Assembly (NCBI GenBank): GCA_965237565.1
Contig: OZ250145.1
Location: 182,860 to 246,859 of the forward strand
Direction: 5' to 3'
Length of the DNA: 64,000 nt
Source: Bdellovibrionales bacterium
Lineage (GTDB): Bacteria; Bdellovibrionota; Bdellovibrionia; Bdellovibrionales; UBA1609
Shown here: positions 17,277 through 26,948 of the stretch, one piece after another
Layout: each line of letters starts with the position of its first letter
Numbering within the stretch: position 1 is the stretch's first letter
Program-made: the position numbers and the translations under genes
Notes under the pieces: model-generated
Told to the model about the DNA's origin: nothing
The model's database searches: none
Seen by the model: the letters and a program-made list of their open reading frames with translations, nothing else

Positions 17277-20200
17277 TCAATTTTTTAAAGGAACTGTTCG
17301 TCGCTTGATCACTTGATATAAAAATTCATTATGACCAATTTTATCCAGCCTATCTGGGCAAGGAATGTGCTCATCCTCTTCTTTTTTCAAACAAGTTTTG
17401 TTTTCATTATATTTTTTAATCACCTCAGCAGTGTATCCATTGATTGCATATGGAACCAAAATCGACTCCATCCTTTGCGTAGTTACACTTGAAGGAACTT
17501 GAAAAATCTCTGGTTGAAAAAGAAAAAAATCAGCAAATTCTTTCTGCTGGTCTTGATCAAGAAATCTTTGATACAAATCATATAAAGAGGGTAACTTTTC
17601 TTTATATAAGACCGAATATTCTTCAACTCGCTCAATATAATCGGACAAAAAATCAATAGAAATACCAACAATTTTACTGTCTGCATTGAGATCTTTATAT
17701 TCTTTCGATTGAAAGTCCTTTAGATTTTGCACTCGACTAATCTCTTCGTGGAACAATAACTTACTTCTCGCATTTGCCAATCTAAGGTGCGTCCGAGTGA
17801 CTGCATAAGAAAACGCTCTTGGGATTTCCATATCTAAATCAAGATAGAGATTTAAATCTTCACCCTCTAATACATATTCCCTTATACTGTGGCTTGTTTC
17901 CTTATAAAATTGAGGCTCCTTCATTAATATCAAATTAAATCCATTTCTCACAACACTACTAAGAAGTATATAATTGAAAGGAGTGCCTTCATCAAGGGTA
18001 TCAGTATTCCTCTCTTTTAAAAAATATCTCCTACTTTGCCCAAAATAACCAACTTCTGTAAACAGTTCCCCCATATTCATCCGATTCGCCCAATCCTCCA
18101 CAGCGTCGGATTGGCAATCAATCAATACCTTTCTGCTATTTTCACTTAAATCCGGAATGATTTGATCAATAATCCTGTCAATACTCACAGCCTTATAAGA
18201 ACCATCGACTCTCTTGTATATACAATGCTTAGTGGGAAGAAAAAGTAATTCCTTATAGAAATTAAATAAGGGTTCTCTAATTGCATAATATTGTGCGAAT
18301 AGAGAGTCAGGATCCTGTTCTACTTTTCTCAATAATAGATTACGAAATTCATCTATATCCTGTTCGTCGTAAGGAGAATAATCATAGATGTTCTTGCTTT
18401 GGCCCCTCAACAAGGGACCCAGATATCCTGGCTGCCACTTTAGATGAAGATATTCAAGAATACTCAAAAAGGTAAGGAAGATGTTTTCATTTTTAAGAGC
18501 CAGATCATCATAGCGTCTAGTAAAAAGTAGCATCCCATTCTTTGCAGAGCGAATAAGATTTTGCACCACCTCTAAAGGGGTACTACCATAATCAAATGCA
18601 ATACAAATATGTTGACCTTCCCTTATACCATCTGATCCGGAAAAACCACCGCATATCTTGTATTTTTTTAGAGAAACATTTTTCTTTTTTATAATCTCCT
18701 CAATACTTTTTTGTGGATTCTGAGGATCCGCATCGGCTCCATCGGGAATTTTCAAAAATGTACCATCGCTCAATTCCACCTTGTTAAAGTAGAGAAAGCG
18801 TAAAAAAGCAATATCGTACTTACCCGGAACCGTGAGCGAGGGGTATTGAGTATAACCATAATCCATCAGTGAGGAAAATTTGGGAGGCTGATCTGGATTG
18901 GCATATATCATTGGTTCAACGGAAGATTTTCCAAAAATTTTCACTATCTCACCATAGTTTTTATAATAATTCTTATCATCCTCAGAACTGGAAAAAACAT
19001 GCCGGTCCCCGAAAGCATGCATCATTTCATGCATCGTAATACTGAGTATCTGAGACATGGACAAACGAACGGCACAATCATTTACAATCTCCCTATCCTC
19101 TAATGGATCCATGGAAGGATGCAAACGATTGCCCTTTCCCCTCTGGCTCACAATAAACTCCATCACTTCTGGGCACTTTACTTTTATACTTTTCTCAAAA
19201 AAATCACTCACTCCAGAAGAACCAGGCCAGACCCAAGCTGGGGGATAGATTCGAAGCCGTACATAATTACGAGTGAGAGCAACGAGATTGTCGATGATCT
19301 CACTGACCCACACGTTAGCTGTTCCTGAAATCACTTCTCCTGTCCTAGGATTTGCTACATTGGGGCCATATCCAATTAAAAAACCAGATCCTTTTTTGTA
19401 CTCAGTCTCCAACATGTTAATAATATTATAACGAATATCACCCAGTTCTTTCTCTTCGCTTTCGTCTAGCTTAATGAGGATCTTCTGATCCCCTTCTCCT
19501 CTAGCCTCTTGAAAGGCCAAATTGATATAGTGAACAGCTTTACGAGCAAGCTCACGAACCCACTCCTTCTTAGAAGTCTGAGTGGAAAAATACCACTTGA
19601 TCACATTCGCTTTCGGATCAAAACGAACCGCACGCAAAAACTTTTCGTGATCCTCCTTCGTGTGTTCTCCAAATCCCACGAAAGCAATTCTCTTGATGCC
19701 GAACATGGGAAAATACAAAGTACTATCTTCTTCAAACCATTTCTTTTCGACATAGTTGCTCTGACTAGACACTCTCTTAAAAGCTAGTTTGATCCATTCA
19801 AAACCATTTGCTCCACTAGATTGATAAGTGAAACTAAAGTAACCATCTGAAACAGTAGAACGTACAAATTCACCAAGTCCTCCCTCTTTATCAGCAAATT
19901 CATGCAAATTCAGCTTAATATAGGGTCGACTGAGAGTCTCTCCCTTCTCGACTTTCCTCTCCCCCAGATGATTCCAATGATCTATTGAATCTCGATTCTG
20001 CTCGTAGGCTTCCCACTCGCCATAAAAAGTTCCCCCAACTTGTCGATCCTCCTCCATTAGATCACTACTCGCATCCACCATGACCAAACCATCTATTGTC
20101 TTCCTAAATTTTACAAAATCCACCCTTGTGGGAGGTTGATAACCTATGAGATTCGAAGGACTCTTGATCAAAGTCCTTGTATAAAGCCACTCTCCCTTAA

Positions 20201-20975
20201 AAAAAACAGCCGAAAACAAATCCTTCTTATCCAAGTAAGAAAAAATAAGACGTTTGTCGTCTAGGTACAAATACTCAGCCGACTCTTTCGATATTCCAGC
20301 ACATTTTGGACGTATCCTCCCTGTCACTTCATCATGAACATTCCTCTCTGATTCTTTCACACAATATTTTACCTCATAACCAAGCAAGGGAGTCGCCATC
20401 ATATTTCCCAACTTGATTCCCATAGGTTTCTCATCATAGGGGATTTTATTTAACTCACCAACTCTGTATAGCACTAAATAATCCCCCTCTAAACGAGGAG
20501 CAATATAGTATTCTTCATTCGAAAATCCTTTGAAATTCTCTACCTTCCCAAGTAAACTCGCCAATTTTTTTTGAGTGTTTGTTTTAACGTCCAAAATCTC
20601 GTAATTCAAAATGACAGGCTGATTTGCAAAAGATAAATCTGGATCCAATTTCGATTTCTCTACGCTGTTAGAAAAACGAAAAGATTCTCCCCCCTCAGAA
20701 GAGGTTTTGATCTTGATGATCTTTCCTTCTGATACAGCTTTGTCCAATAATTGCTTAGCATTGAGAGATTGTTTTCCCAACTCGGGAGGAAAAATCAAAT
20801 CAAAACTTTTAAATTGATCAATATCTTCTATACCGTCATTACTGCCCGGAATCCAATGCTCACCAGCTTTTCCACTGCTAGTAGTCGGCTCCCTTACACA
20901 GGACACAAATAAAAGCAGAGTACAAAAACATGTCGCTGAAACTCGATAGAAATATTTAAAAAGCATAACTGGCAC
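17277..20975 (-). CDS. Giant lipoprotein zinc metalloprotease, metzincin type (paralog 2)
   Basis: Lipobox-like LLFVSC. HEMMHAFGDRH plus SSLMDY. Blocks shared with paralog 1: GDIRYNIINM, TGEVISGTANVW, WPGSSGVSDFFEKSI, LTVPGKYDIA, DGADADPQxPQKSIEE, MGELFTEVGY. Confidence 0.75.
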   Translation of the reverse strand: MPVMLFKYFYRVSATCFCTLLLFVSCVREPTTSSGKAGEHWIPGSNDGIEDIDQFKSFDLIFPPELGKQSLNAKQLLDKAVSEGKIIKIKTSSEGGESFRFSNSVEKSKLDPDLSFANQPVILNYEILDVKTNTQKKLASLLGKVENFKGFSNEEYYIAPRLEGDYLVLYRVGELNKIPYDEKPMGIKLGNMMATPLLGYEVKYCVKESERNVHDEVTGRIRPKCAGISKESAEYLYLDDKRLIFSYLDKKDLFSAVFFKGEWLYTRTLIKSPSNLIGYQPPTRVDFVKFRKTIDGLVMVDASSDLMEEDRQVGGTFYGEWEAYEQNRDSIDHWNHLGERKVEKGETLSRPYIKLNLHEFADKEGGLGEFVRSTVSDGYFSFTYQSSGANGFEWIKLAFKRVSSQSNYVEKKWFEEDSTLYFPMFGIKRIAFVGFGEHTKEDHEKFLRAVRFDPKANVIKWYFSTQTSKKEWVRELARKAVHYINLAFQEARGEGDQKILIKLDESEEKELGDIRYNIINMLETEYKKGSGFLIGYGPNVANPRTGEVISGTANVWVSEIIDNLVALTRNYVRLRIYPPAWVWPGSSGVSDFFEKSIKVKCPEVMEFIVSQRGKGNRLHPSMDPLEDREIVNDCAVRLSMSQILSITMHEMMHAFGDRHVFSSSEDDKNYYKNYGEIVKIFGKSSVEPMIYANPDQPPKFSSLMDYGYTQYPSLTVPGKYDIAFLRFLYFNKVELSDGTFLKIPDGADADPQNPQKSIEEIIKKKNVSLKKYKICGGFSGSDGIREGQHICIAFDYGSTPLEVVQNLIRSAKNGMLLFTRRYDDLALKNENIFLTFLSILEYLHLKWQPGYLGPLLRGQSKNIYDYSPYDEQDIDEFRNLLLRKVEQDPDSLFAQYYAIREPLFNFYKELLFLPTKHCIYKRVDGSYKAVSIDRIIDQIIPDLSENSRKVLIDCQSDAVEDWANRMNMGELFTEVGYFGQSRRYFLKERNTDTLDEGTPFNYILLSSVVRNGFNLILMKEPQFYKETSHSIREYVLEGEDLNLYLDLDMEIPRAFSYAVTRTHLRLANARSKLLFHEEISRVQNLKDFQSKEYKDLNADSKIVGISIDFLSDYIERVEEYSVLYKEKLPSLYDLYQRFLDQDQQKEFADFFLFQPEIFQVPSSVTTQRMESILVPYAINGYTAEVIKKYNENKTCLKKEEDEHIPCPDRLDKIGHNEFLYQVIKRRTVPLKN

Positions 20976-21900
20976 CTAGACCCAAAAAAGTCCGATCTGG
21001 GCTAAACACACCAATTTTTTGTGCCATGCTATGAGATCTCAACAGATGATCTCCCCAGTTTAGACTGAACGTCAATCTCATTTTCTGGCTCAGTTTCCAA
21101 CCTGTTGAAGCTCCCAAGTAAGCAACGTGAAAAAGAGTCCCTATCCGATTCACCAAAAATCGATAACTCCCATAAAAAAACACATCAGGGACAAGAGGCC
21201 ATTCGAAATAAGAGAGACGAACACCCAATTGATTAAAGATATTTAAAAAATTATTATAATCGGTTCCCAACTTATTAGCTGTCTTGTAACGATGCCAATC
21301 CAGCTGCAAGGAATGGTTGGATATGAGAGATAAGCGAAGGCCCAAACGAGAAAAAAAACCATAAAAATTTACCAAAGAAGATCCAATGCCCGTCATGAGA
21401 GAACTTTTGTAAGAGGAACTAGAAATAGGAATCACAAAATAGAGGGAAGCTTCACTGGAGAAAATACCCGTCTTTTTTATAGGTTTAGAAAACCCTAGAT
21501 GAAGATCACCAAAACATAAAACTGGGTTCCAACAAGATTCTTTGATGGATTGCTTGCTACTATAAACTGGCCTCGTATAAGAAAAGCTCGCAAACACTTG
21601 GACTGGGTTGAAACGAAAAGAGGGTGAAACTCGGTCCAAAGAATAATAAAGGCTGATGTCACTATCAAAATACAGAGTATCTGCCCAACCATTTGAGTAA
21701 TAAGAATTAAGAAAATTGTCTCCACTTACACGCAAATTACGGGTGAATCTTGTTTTAATTGTCCCATGAATCCAAGAATCACCTGAGTCATTTGTCAGTT
21801 TGTGCGACAGGGCAGGATTCAATATAGTGCCCAACTGAGCCCAAGAGAAGAAAGGTAATACAAGCAAGCAGAACAAGAAAGTCCAGATTCTTTGTAACAT
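20956..21900 (-). CDS. Outer-membrane beta-barrel protein (hypothetical), overlapping the start of metzincin paralog 2
   Basis: ATG 21900 gives the signal peptide MLQRIWTFLFCLLVLPFFSWAQ. Amphipathic beta pattern throughout and a C-terminal ...GASYAF. The stop overlaps the downstream start by 11-20 nt. Confidence 0.5.
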   Translation of the reverse strand: MLQRIWTFLFCLLVLPFFSWAQLGTILNPALSHKLTNDSGDSWIHGTIKTRFTRNLRVSGDNFLNSYYSNGWADTLYFDSDISLYYSLDRVSPSFRFNPVQVFASFSYTRPVYSSKQSIKESCWNPVLCFGDLHLGFSKPIKKTGIFSSEASLYFVIPISSSSYKSSLMTGIGSSLVNFYGFFSRLGLRLSLISNHSLQLDWHRYKTANKLGTDYNNFLNIFNQLGVRLSYFEWPLVPDVFFYGSYRFLVNRIGTLFHVAYLGASTGWKLSQKMRLTFSLNWGDHLLRSHSMAQKIGVFSPDRTFLGLGASYAF

Positions 21901-22269
21901 GATACTATCCCTGCTGTTAAACCACCCTTTTATATTAAGAACCGAAAAGCGTACGAAGAAACGGAGTAACACGCAATAACATACTAGTCTATTCTAGTAT
22001 GAAAAAAGGGGGTTGACCATTCTGAATTCACCTCACCCTTGGTCGAGTTTGTGTAAAAATTTCACAGAAAATAAAGAAATAAGGAAATTGTAACCTTCTT
22101 TGAATATCCTTCCAGAATCATTACATGTCTTTTCTCATCTAATGGAAAATACAAGGAATAAGGAGAGAGAAATCTATAATGTAAGATTGTTACATAAAGT
22201 GATATTAAAGTTACTATGCAAAAAAAAGTGACTTATCTAAGGGTAAGAATTTCCATTATATATCTTGCA

Positions 22270-24912
22270 TTATCCAATGAAATTGTCAGCAGACGAGACC
22301 CTCTTTTCGAGAGCTCTTTTTAAAAATGTAGCCGTTTGACTTCGTTTGGATCGTGCAACTTTTTCGGGCGAACCAATCGCTACCACTTCTCCTCCGCTAA
22401 AGCCTCCTCCAGGTCCCAGATCAATCAAATAGTCACAAGACTTAATGACATCCATCTGGTGTTCAATGACAATCACTGTGCTTCCCTTTTTTGTTAACTT
22501 TCTTAAAACAAAAATTAGCTGTTTTACGTCTTCAAAATGCAAACCTGTCGTGGGTTCATCCAGAATATAAAGAGTGCGATTCGTATTTTTTTTCGATAGC
22601 TCGCGAGTGAGTTTTATTCTTTGTGCCTCTCCCCCAGATAAAGTCATTGAATTTTGCCCCAAGTTTAAGTAGCCAAGCCCTACCTCTTTCAATAAATCCA
22701 ACTGTCGCTTCATTCTCGAATGATGAGCAAAAAACTGGCTAGCTTCTGAAATATTCATACCTAGGATTTCATATATATTTTTTCTTTTGTACTGCACATG
22801 TAAAATCTCATTGGAATAACGGCGCCCTTGGCAAACATCACATAGCAAAGTAGCTGAAGCGAGAAAAAACATCTCTTGTTTAATTTGGCCAGTCCCTGAA
22901 CAGGTTTCGCAACGGCCTCCTTTCACATTGAAACTAAAGTGCCCCGGGGCGTATCCGCGAACTCTTGCTAATGGGATCTGAGACATGAGACTGCGAATCA
23001 TGGACATAATTCCTACATAAGTAGCGGGTATAGATCGAGGAGTTCTGCCAATTGGTTTTTGATTCACAGACACCACTTTGTCCAAAAACTCTAGACCCTT
23101 CACTGCTCCAAATTTAGCTGGTTGAACGAAGGAATACTGATGCAAATGAAGCATCAAAGCCTTGTAAATCGTCTCAATCACTAGTGTGCTTTTCCCGCTT
23201 CCAGACACGCCCGTTACGCCTACCAGACAACCCAATGGAATCTGCACATTGATATTTTTTAAATTATTTCCAGCAGCTCCTTTGATCTCTAAAAAATTCC
23301 CCGTGCCTTTACTTCTGGAAGCAGGTAAAGGGATGATTTTTTTCCCAGACAGATACTGTCCCGTTAGAGACTTTTTTGTCCGCATAACTTTTTTTACACT
23401 GCCTTCTACGATAACAGATCCCCCGCATTTACCAGCTAAGGGCCCTATATCAATGATATGATCTGCTGAAACAATCGTCTTCTCATCATGTTCAACTACC
23501 AAAACTGTATTTCCACGATCTCGTATTTCAAATAAAATTTTCAACAAACGATGATGATCAAACGGATGCAGACCTACACTCGGCTCATCCAATGTGTACA
23601 ACACACCAATAAGGGGAGAAGAAATTTGAGACATCAAACGAGTTCTTTGGGCTTCCCCTCCAGAGAGAGTATAGGTGGGACGATCCAAACTTAAGTAAGA
23701 CAGGCCAATTTTTTTTAACACACTCAAATCAAAACAAACTTTCTCTAAAATTTTGTCAGCCACCAACTTGTATCTTTCTGGAAAGAAAAGCCCAGAACAA
23801 AACTGACTGAGTTCTTCTATGCTCATATGAGACAATTCGGCGATATTTTTTTTTGCTATTTTTACACTTAGAGAAAAAGGTTTGAGTCTTGCTCCTTTGC
23901 AGACAGAGCATTGTATATAATTTGCTCCATAGTATTCTCCCTCTCGTTCGACAAAATATTCTTCACCACCTTCCTGTACAAAATAACCAAGGCCATTGCA
24001 CTCCGTACAAGCCCCCTTTGGATTGTTGAAGCTAAACATTTTTGGCTCCAATTTTGGAAATCCTTTTGAACAAACAGGACAAGTGGCATGAAGAGAGTAA
24101 TAATCTATCCCTTGGCTTTTGATCCACTCAATTTTTACTTCTCCTCCTGTAAAATTACTTGCCTTTTCCAGACTTTCTTTTAATCGAACTTTCGAATTGG
24201 ATTCAACAACCAAACGATCCACTAAGACATCTATAAAATGATCTTTTCTCTTAGAAAGTTTTTCCCTGTAAGGCAGTTCCACCCATTTTCCATTGATTCT
24301 CACACGATCGTAGCCGGCAGATAAAAGCAGGTCGAATTCCTTCAAAAACTCCCCCTTTTTTCCTTTGGCAATAGGAGCCAATACAGAAAATTGCACTCCT
24401 TTTTTCTTTCTCATTATCCCTTCTACCATCCGATCAATGGAAAAAGACTCCAAAGCTTCACCATGTTCTGTGCAATAAGGAGTACCCAAGCGAGCAAATA
24501 GGAGTCTCAAATAATCGTAAACTTCTGTTACCGTTCCAACCGTAGAACGCAAACTAGAAGTCAGAGATCTTTGATCAATAGCTATGCAAGCAGAAAGCCC
24601 GGAAATGGAATCCAATTCCGGTTTTTTTATTTTATCCATAAAAAATCGCGCGTAGGATGAAAGACTTTCCACATATCTTCTCTGTCCTTCAGCATAGATC
24701 GTATCGAAAACGAGGGAAGATTTCCCACTGCCACTGAGACCTGTCACGACGGTGATCTGATGACGAGGAATGAAAGTATCAATGGATTTTAGATTGTTTT
24801 CTCTAGCTCCAATGACAACAATCCCTTTAGAAGTAAAATCTGGTTTCGCATTGCGAGATTTTGAAGGCTTCAGACCTGCCACCCTCCATCCACCTGTTTG
24901 GTTAAGTGACAA
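22270..24912 (-). CDS. uvrA: Excinuclease ABC subunit A
   Basis: GLSGSGKSSLVFDTIYAEGQRRYVESLS, two ABC modules (LSGGEAQR twice, second Walker A GVSGSGKST) and Cys-pair zinc modules. The TTG start is uncertain and overlaps the folE2 stop. Confidence 0.93.
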   Translation of the reverse strand: MSLNQTGGWRVAGLKPSKSRNAKPDFTSKGIVVIGARENNLKSIDTFIPRHQITVVTGLSGSGKSSLVFDTIYAEGQRRYVESLSSYARFFMDKIKKPELDSISGLSACIAIDQRSLTSSLRSTVGTVTEVYDYLRLLFARLGTPYCTEHGEALESFSIDRMVEGIMRKKKGVQFSVLAPIAKGKKGEFLKEFDLLLSAGYDRVRINGKWVELPYREKLSKRKDHFIDVLVDRLVVESNSKVRLKESLEKASNFTGGEVKIEWIKSQGIDYYSLHATCPVCSKGFPKLEPKMFSFNNPKGACTECNGLGYFVQEGGEEYFVEREGEYYGANYIQCSVCKGARLKPFSLSVKIAKKNIAELSHMSIEELSQFCSGLFFPERYKLVADKILEKVCFDLSVLKKIGLSYLSLDRPTYTLSGGEAQRTRLMSQISSPLIGVLYTLDEPSVGLHPFDHHRLLKILFEIRDRGNTVLVVEHDEKTIVSADHIIDIGPLAGKCGGSVIVEGSVKKVMRTKKSLTGQYLSGKKIIPLPASRSKGTGNFLEIKGAAGNNLKNINVQIPLGCLVGVTGVSGSGKSTLVIETIYKALMLHLHQYSFVQPAKFGAVKGLEFLDKVVSVNQKPIGRTPRSIPATYVGIMSMIRSLMSQIPLARVRGYAPGHFSFNVKGGRCETCSGTGQIKQEMFFLASATLLCDVCQGRRYSNEILHVQYKRKNIYEILGMNISEASQFFAHHSRMKRQLDLLKEVGLGYLNLGQNSMTLSGGEAQRIKLTRELSKKNTNRTLYILDEPTTGLHFEDVKQLIFVLRKLTKKGSTVIVIEHQMDVIKSCDYLIDLGPGGGFSGGEVVAIGSPEKVARSKRSQTATFLKRALEKRVSSADNFIG

Positions 24913-25802
24913 CTTACGTCAAAGGGATGCAAACTTTCCAGATGCTTAACTTGAATGTGAAAATCCTCAATCCAACTTTTTTGATTCAAAAACTGCTTGA
25001 TTCGACGAGCAGCATCTTCTGAAAACATCAAATTTTGGCTGTTGAGCTTAGCAAACTCCTTTTCATCCTCTTTTTTCACAGCTGTTTGCACGGGAGTGCC
25101 CAATATTTCTTCTACCCCATTAACCAAGCTCAAAAAATCTTCCTTTTCCTCTTTCACTTTCAATTTCAAGAAGGCACAACTTTTTTGAGCATGGGGAGTG
25201 GCAGCGATGGAGTTTTCTTTTCCTAGCCAATCCACAATCTTTTGACGATCTAACTGATTGGAATCAAAATCCGTTTGGAATTTTTCTTGAAGCACTATTC
25301 TCGTTAAACTCGCAGAGCATGGGCAGGTGGAACTGTATATAACCGTCAATCCCATGATCAAATCCATAGATTGACCCTTATTGAGTTTGCCTTCATAAAA
25401 AACAGGATAAAAACGCCAGCCTTCTAAAGAATCGGTCTTGAGAGCTCGTCTTTTTACCGGCTCCTTCCAAGCGATTTTCATATATGCACAATCAGAAATG
25501 CCTTCTTGAGATTTGATCAGTTGTTTGAGTAATTCTTTCAATACACCCAAATTGAGAACATTTGAGCCCAGAAGGTTATGAAGAGATAGATAGATACGAG
25601 ACATGTGAATTCCTCTTAGATTCTCTTCACTTAGAGAAACCATCGCTGTAATCTGAGAGTGCAAGTCTAGAATTTTGGATCCTTGTTGCACCCGGATCGG
25701 CATCTCTAACTTTTCTATTCCCACCAAATCAATAGCCCCACATACGGAGGGTTCTTGTTTGGCAACATCTTCTTCAATTGCTTTTATGCTGGACTGATCC
25801 AC
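24870..25802 (-). CDS. folE2: GTP cyclohydrolase FolE2 (type IB)
   Basis: ~310 aa with IHMSRIY and YSSTCPCSA motifs, characteristic of the COG1469/FolE2 family (recalled from memory). GTG start. Confidence 0.75.
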   Translation of the reverse strand: MDQSSIKAIEEDVAKQEPSVCGAIDLVGIEKLEMPIRVQQGSKILDLHSQITAMVSLSEENLRGIHMSRIYLSLHNLLGSNVLNLGVLKELLKQLIKSQEGISDCAYMKIAWKEPVKRRALKTDSLEGWRFYPVFYEGKLNKGQSMDLIMGLTVIYSSTCPCSASLTRIVLQEKFQTDFDSNQLDRQKIVDWLGKENSIAATPHAQKSCAFLKLKVKEEKEDFLSLVNGVEEILGTPVQTAVKKEDEKEFAKLNSQNLMFSEDAARRIKQFLNQKSWIEDFHIQVKHLESLHPFDVSCHLTKQVDGGWQV

Positions 25803-25868
25803 TGCAAATCTACACCCATATTTTGGATTTTTTCAAAAACAATAGCTTCTAGCGAGGCGGTCTTTTTG

Positions 25869-26807
25869 TCAATGATCTTTTGTCTGAGAATCGGACCGAG
25901 ATGATAACATTCGCACTTGAACTGGCGTACGAAAATGAAGGTCTTGTTGAGGGAAGGCAATCACAATGCCATTTTCTCTGAATAATTCATCAACACGATA
26001 ACGAATCATACTTGGTACTTTTTTTAGATCAATAATATCCTCCACACGAATCCAAAAAGAAACTGAAAAATTCAAAGAATGGTCTCCAAATTCTTTCAGA
26101 AACACGATTGGTTTTGGTTCTTTAAGAGTCATCTCATGAGATCGAACTGCCCGCAAAAGAAGCTCTTCCACCTTCCGAGTAGGAGAACCGTAAATCACCC
26201 CCACGTTCACTCTCCTTCTGACAATGGAATCAGAAAGAGTCCAGTTCAGAATATTTTTCTCTAAAAAAGAACTATTGGGGACCACAATATGAGTATTATC
26301 GATAGACTTGATTCGTGTTGCTCTAGCTCCGATGCGTTCTACCCTTCCGGTCAATCCATCTACTTCTACAATGTCGCCGGAACGAATGGGCTGTTCCAAA
26401 ATAACGATCAACCCACTGATAAAATTGTTAACAATATTTTGAGACCCTAGGCCGATACCTACGGCCAAAGCTCCTCCAATCACCGTGAAAATGGTAATGG
26501 GAATGTTTAAAAGTCTCAATGTGAACAAGCACAAAATGATCATAAAAAAGTAGAGTACAAAAGTGGAAATCGTATGCCCTAGGGATGCCTGAACATTGAG
26601 GCGATGTAAAATAAATGTTTCTAGGTGACGTGATAATTTACGACCGACAATGTAACCAACAATGATAAGAGAAAAACCAAGCATCATTTGCCCAAAAGTA
26701 ACTGGATTCTTATCTACTGCAAACAATTGCCAGTCCCACAAACCAGGAGCCCTAGTCCATACCTCTGTGATGAATGAATCAATCTGGTACCAAAGTGCTT
26801 TCCACAT
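25869..26807 (-). CDS. Mechanosensitive ion channel, MscS family
   Basis: Three to four TM helices, then GDIVEVDGLTGRVERIGARATRIKSIDNTHIVVPNS, the MscS beta-domain signature. Confidence 0.85.
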   Translation of the reverse strand: MWKALWYQIDSFITEVWTRAPGLWDWQLFAVDKNPVTFGQMMLGFSLIIVGYIVGRKLSRHLETFILHRLNVQASLGHTISTFVLYFFMIILCLFTLRLLNIPITIFTVIGGALAVGIGLGSQNIVNNFISGLIVILEQPIRSGDIVEVDGLTGRVERIGARATRIKSIDNTHIVVPNSSFLEKNILNWTLSDSIVRRRVNVGVIYGSPTRKVEELLLRAVRSHEMTLKEPKPIVFLKEFGDHSLNFSVSFWIRVEDIIDLKKVPSMIRYRVDELFRENGIVIAFPQQDLHFRTPVQVRMLSSRSDSQTKDH

Positions 26808-26948
26808 AACTTTATGTTGAGAGCAAATTTCTGTTCGGTCAAATAATTGTTTGAGAAAAACCTTGCAGTGTGTTGATCCTTTCCTCCCTTCCTGTTATAA
26901 AAGAATGTCTTTATTTTTGAAACTTCTGACAAGCAGGATAGAATTTCA

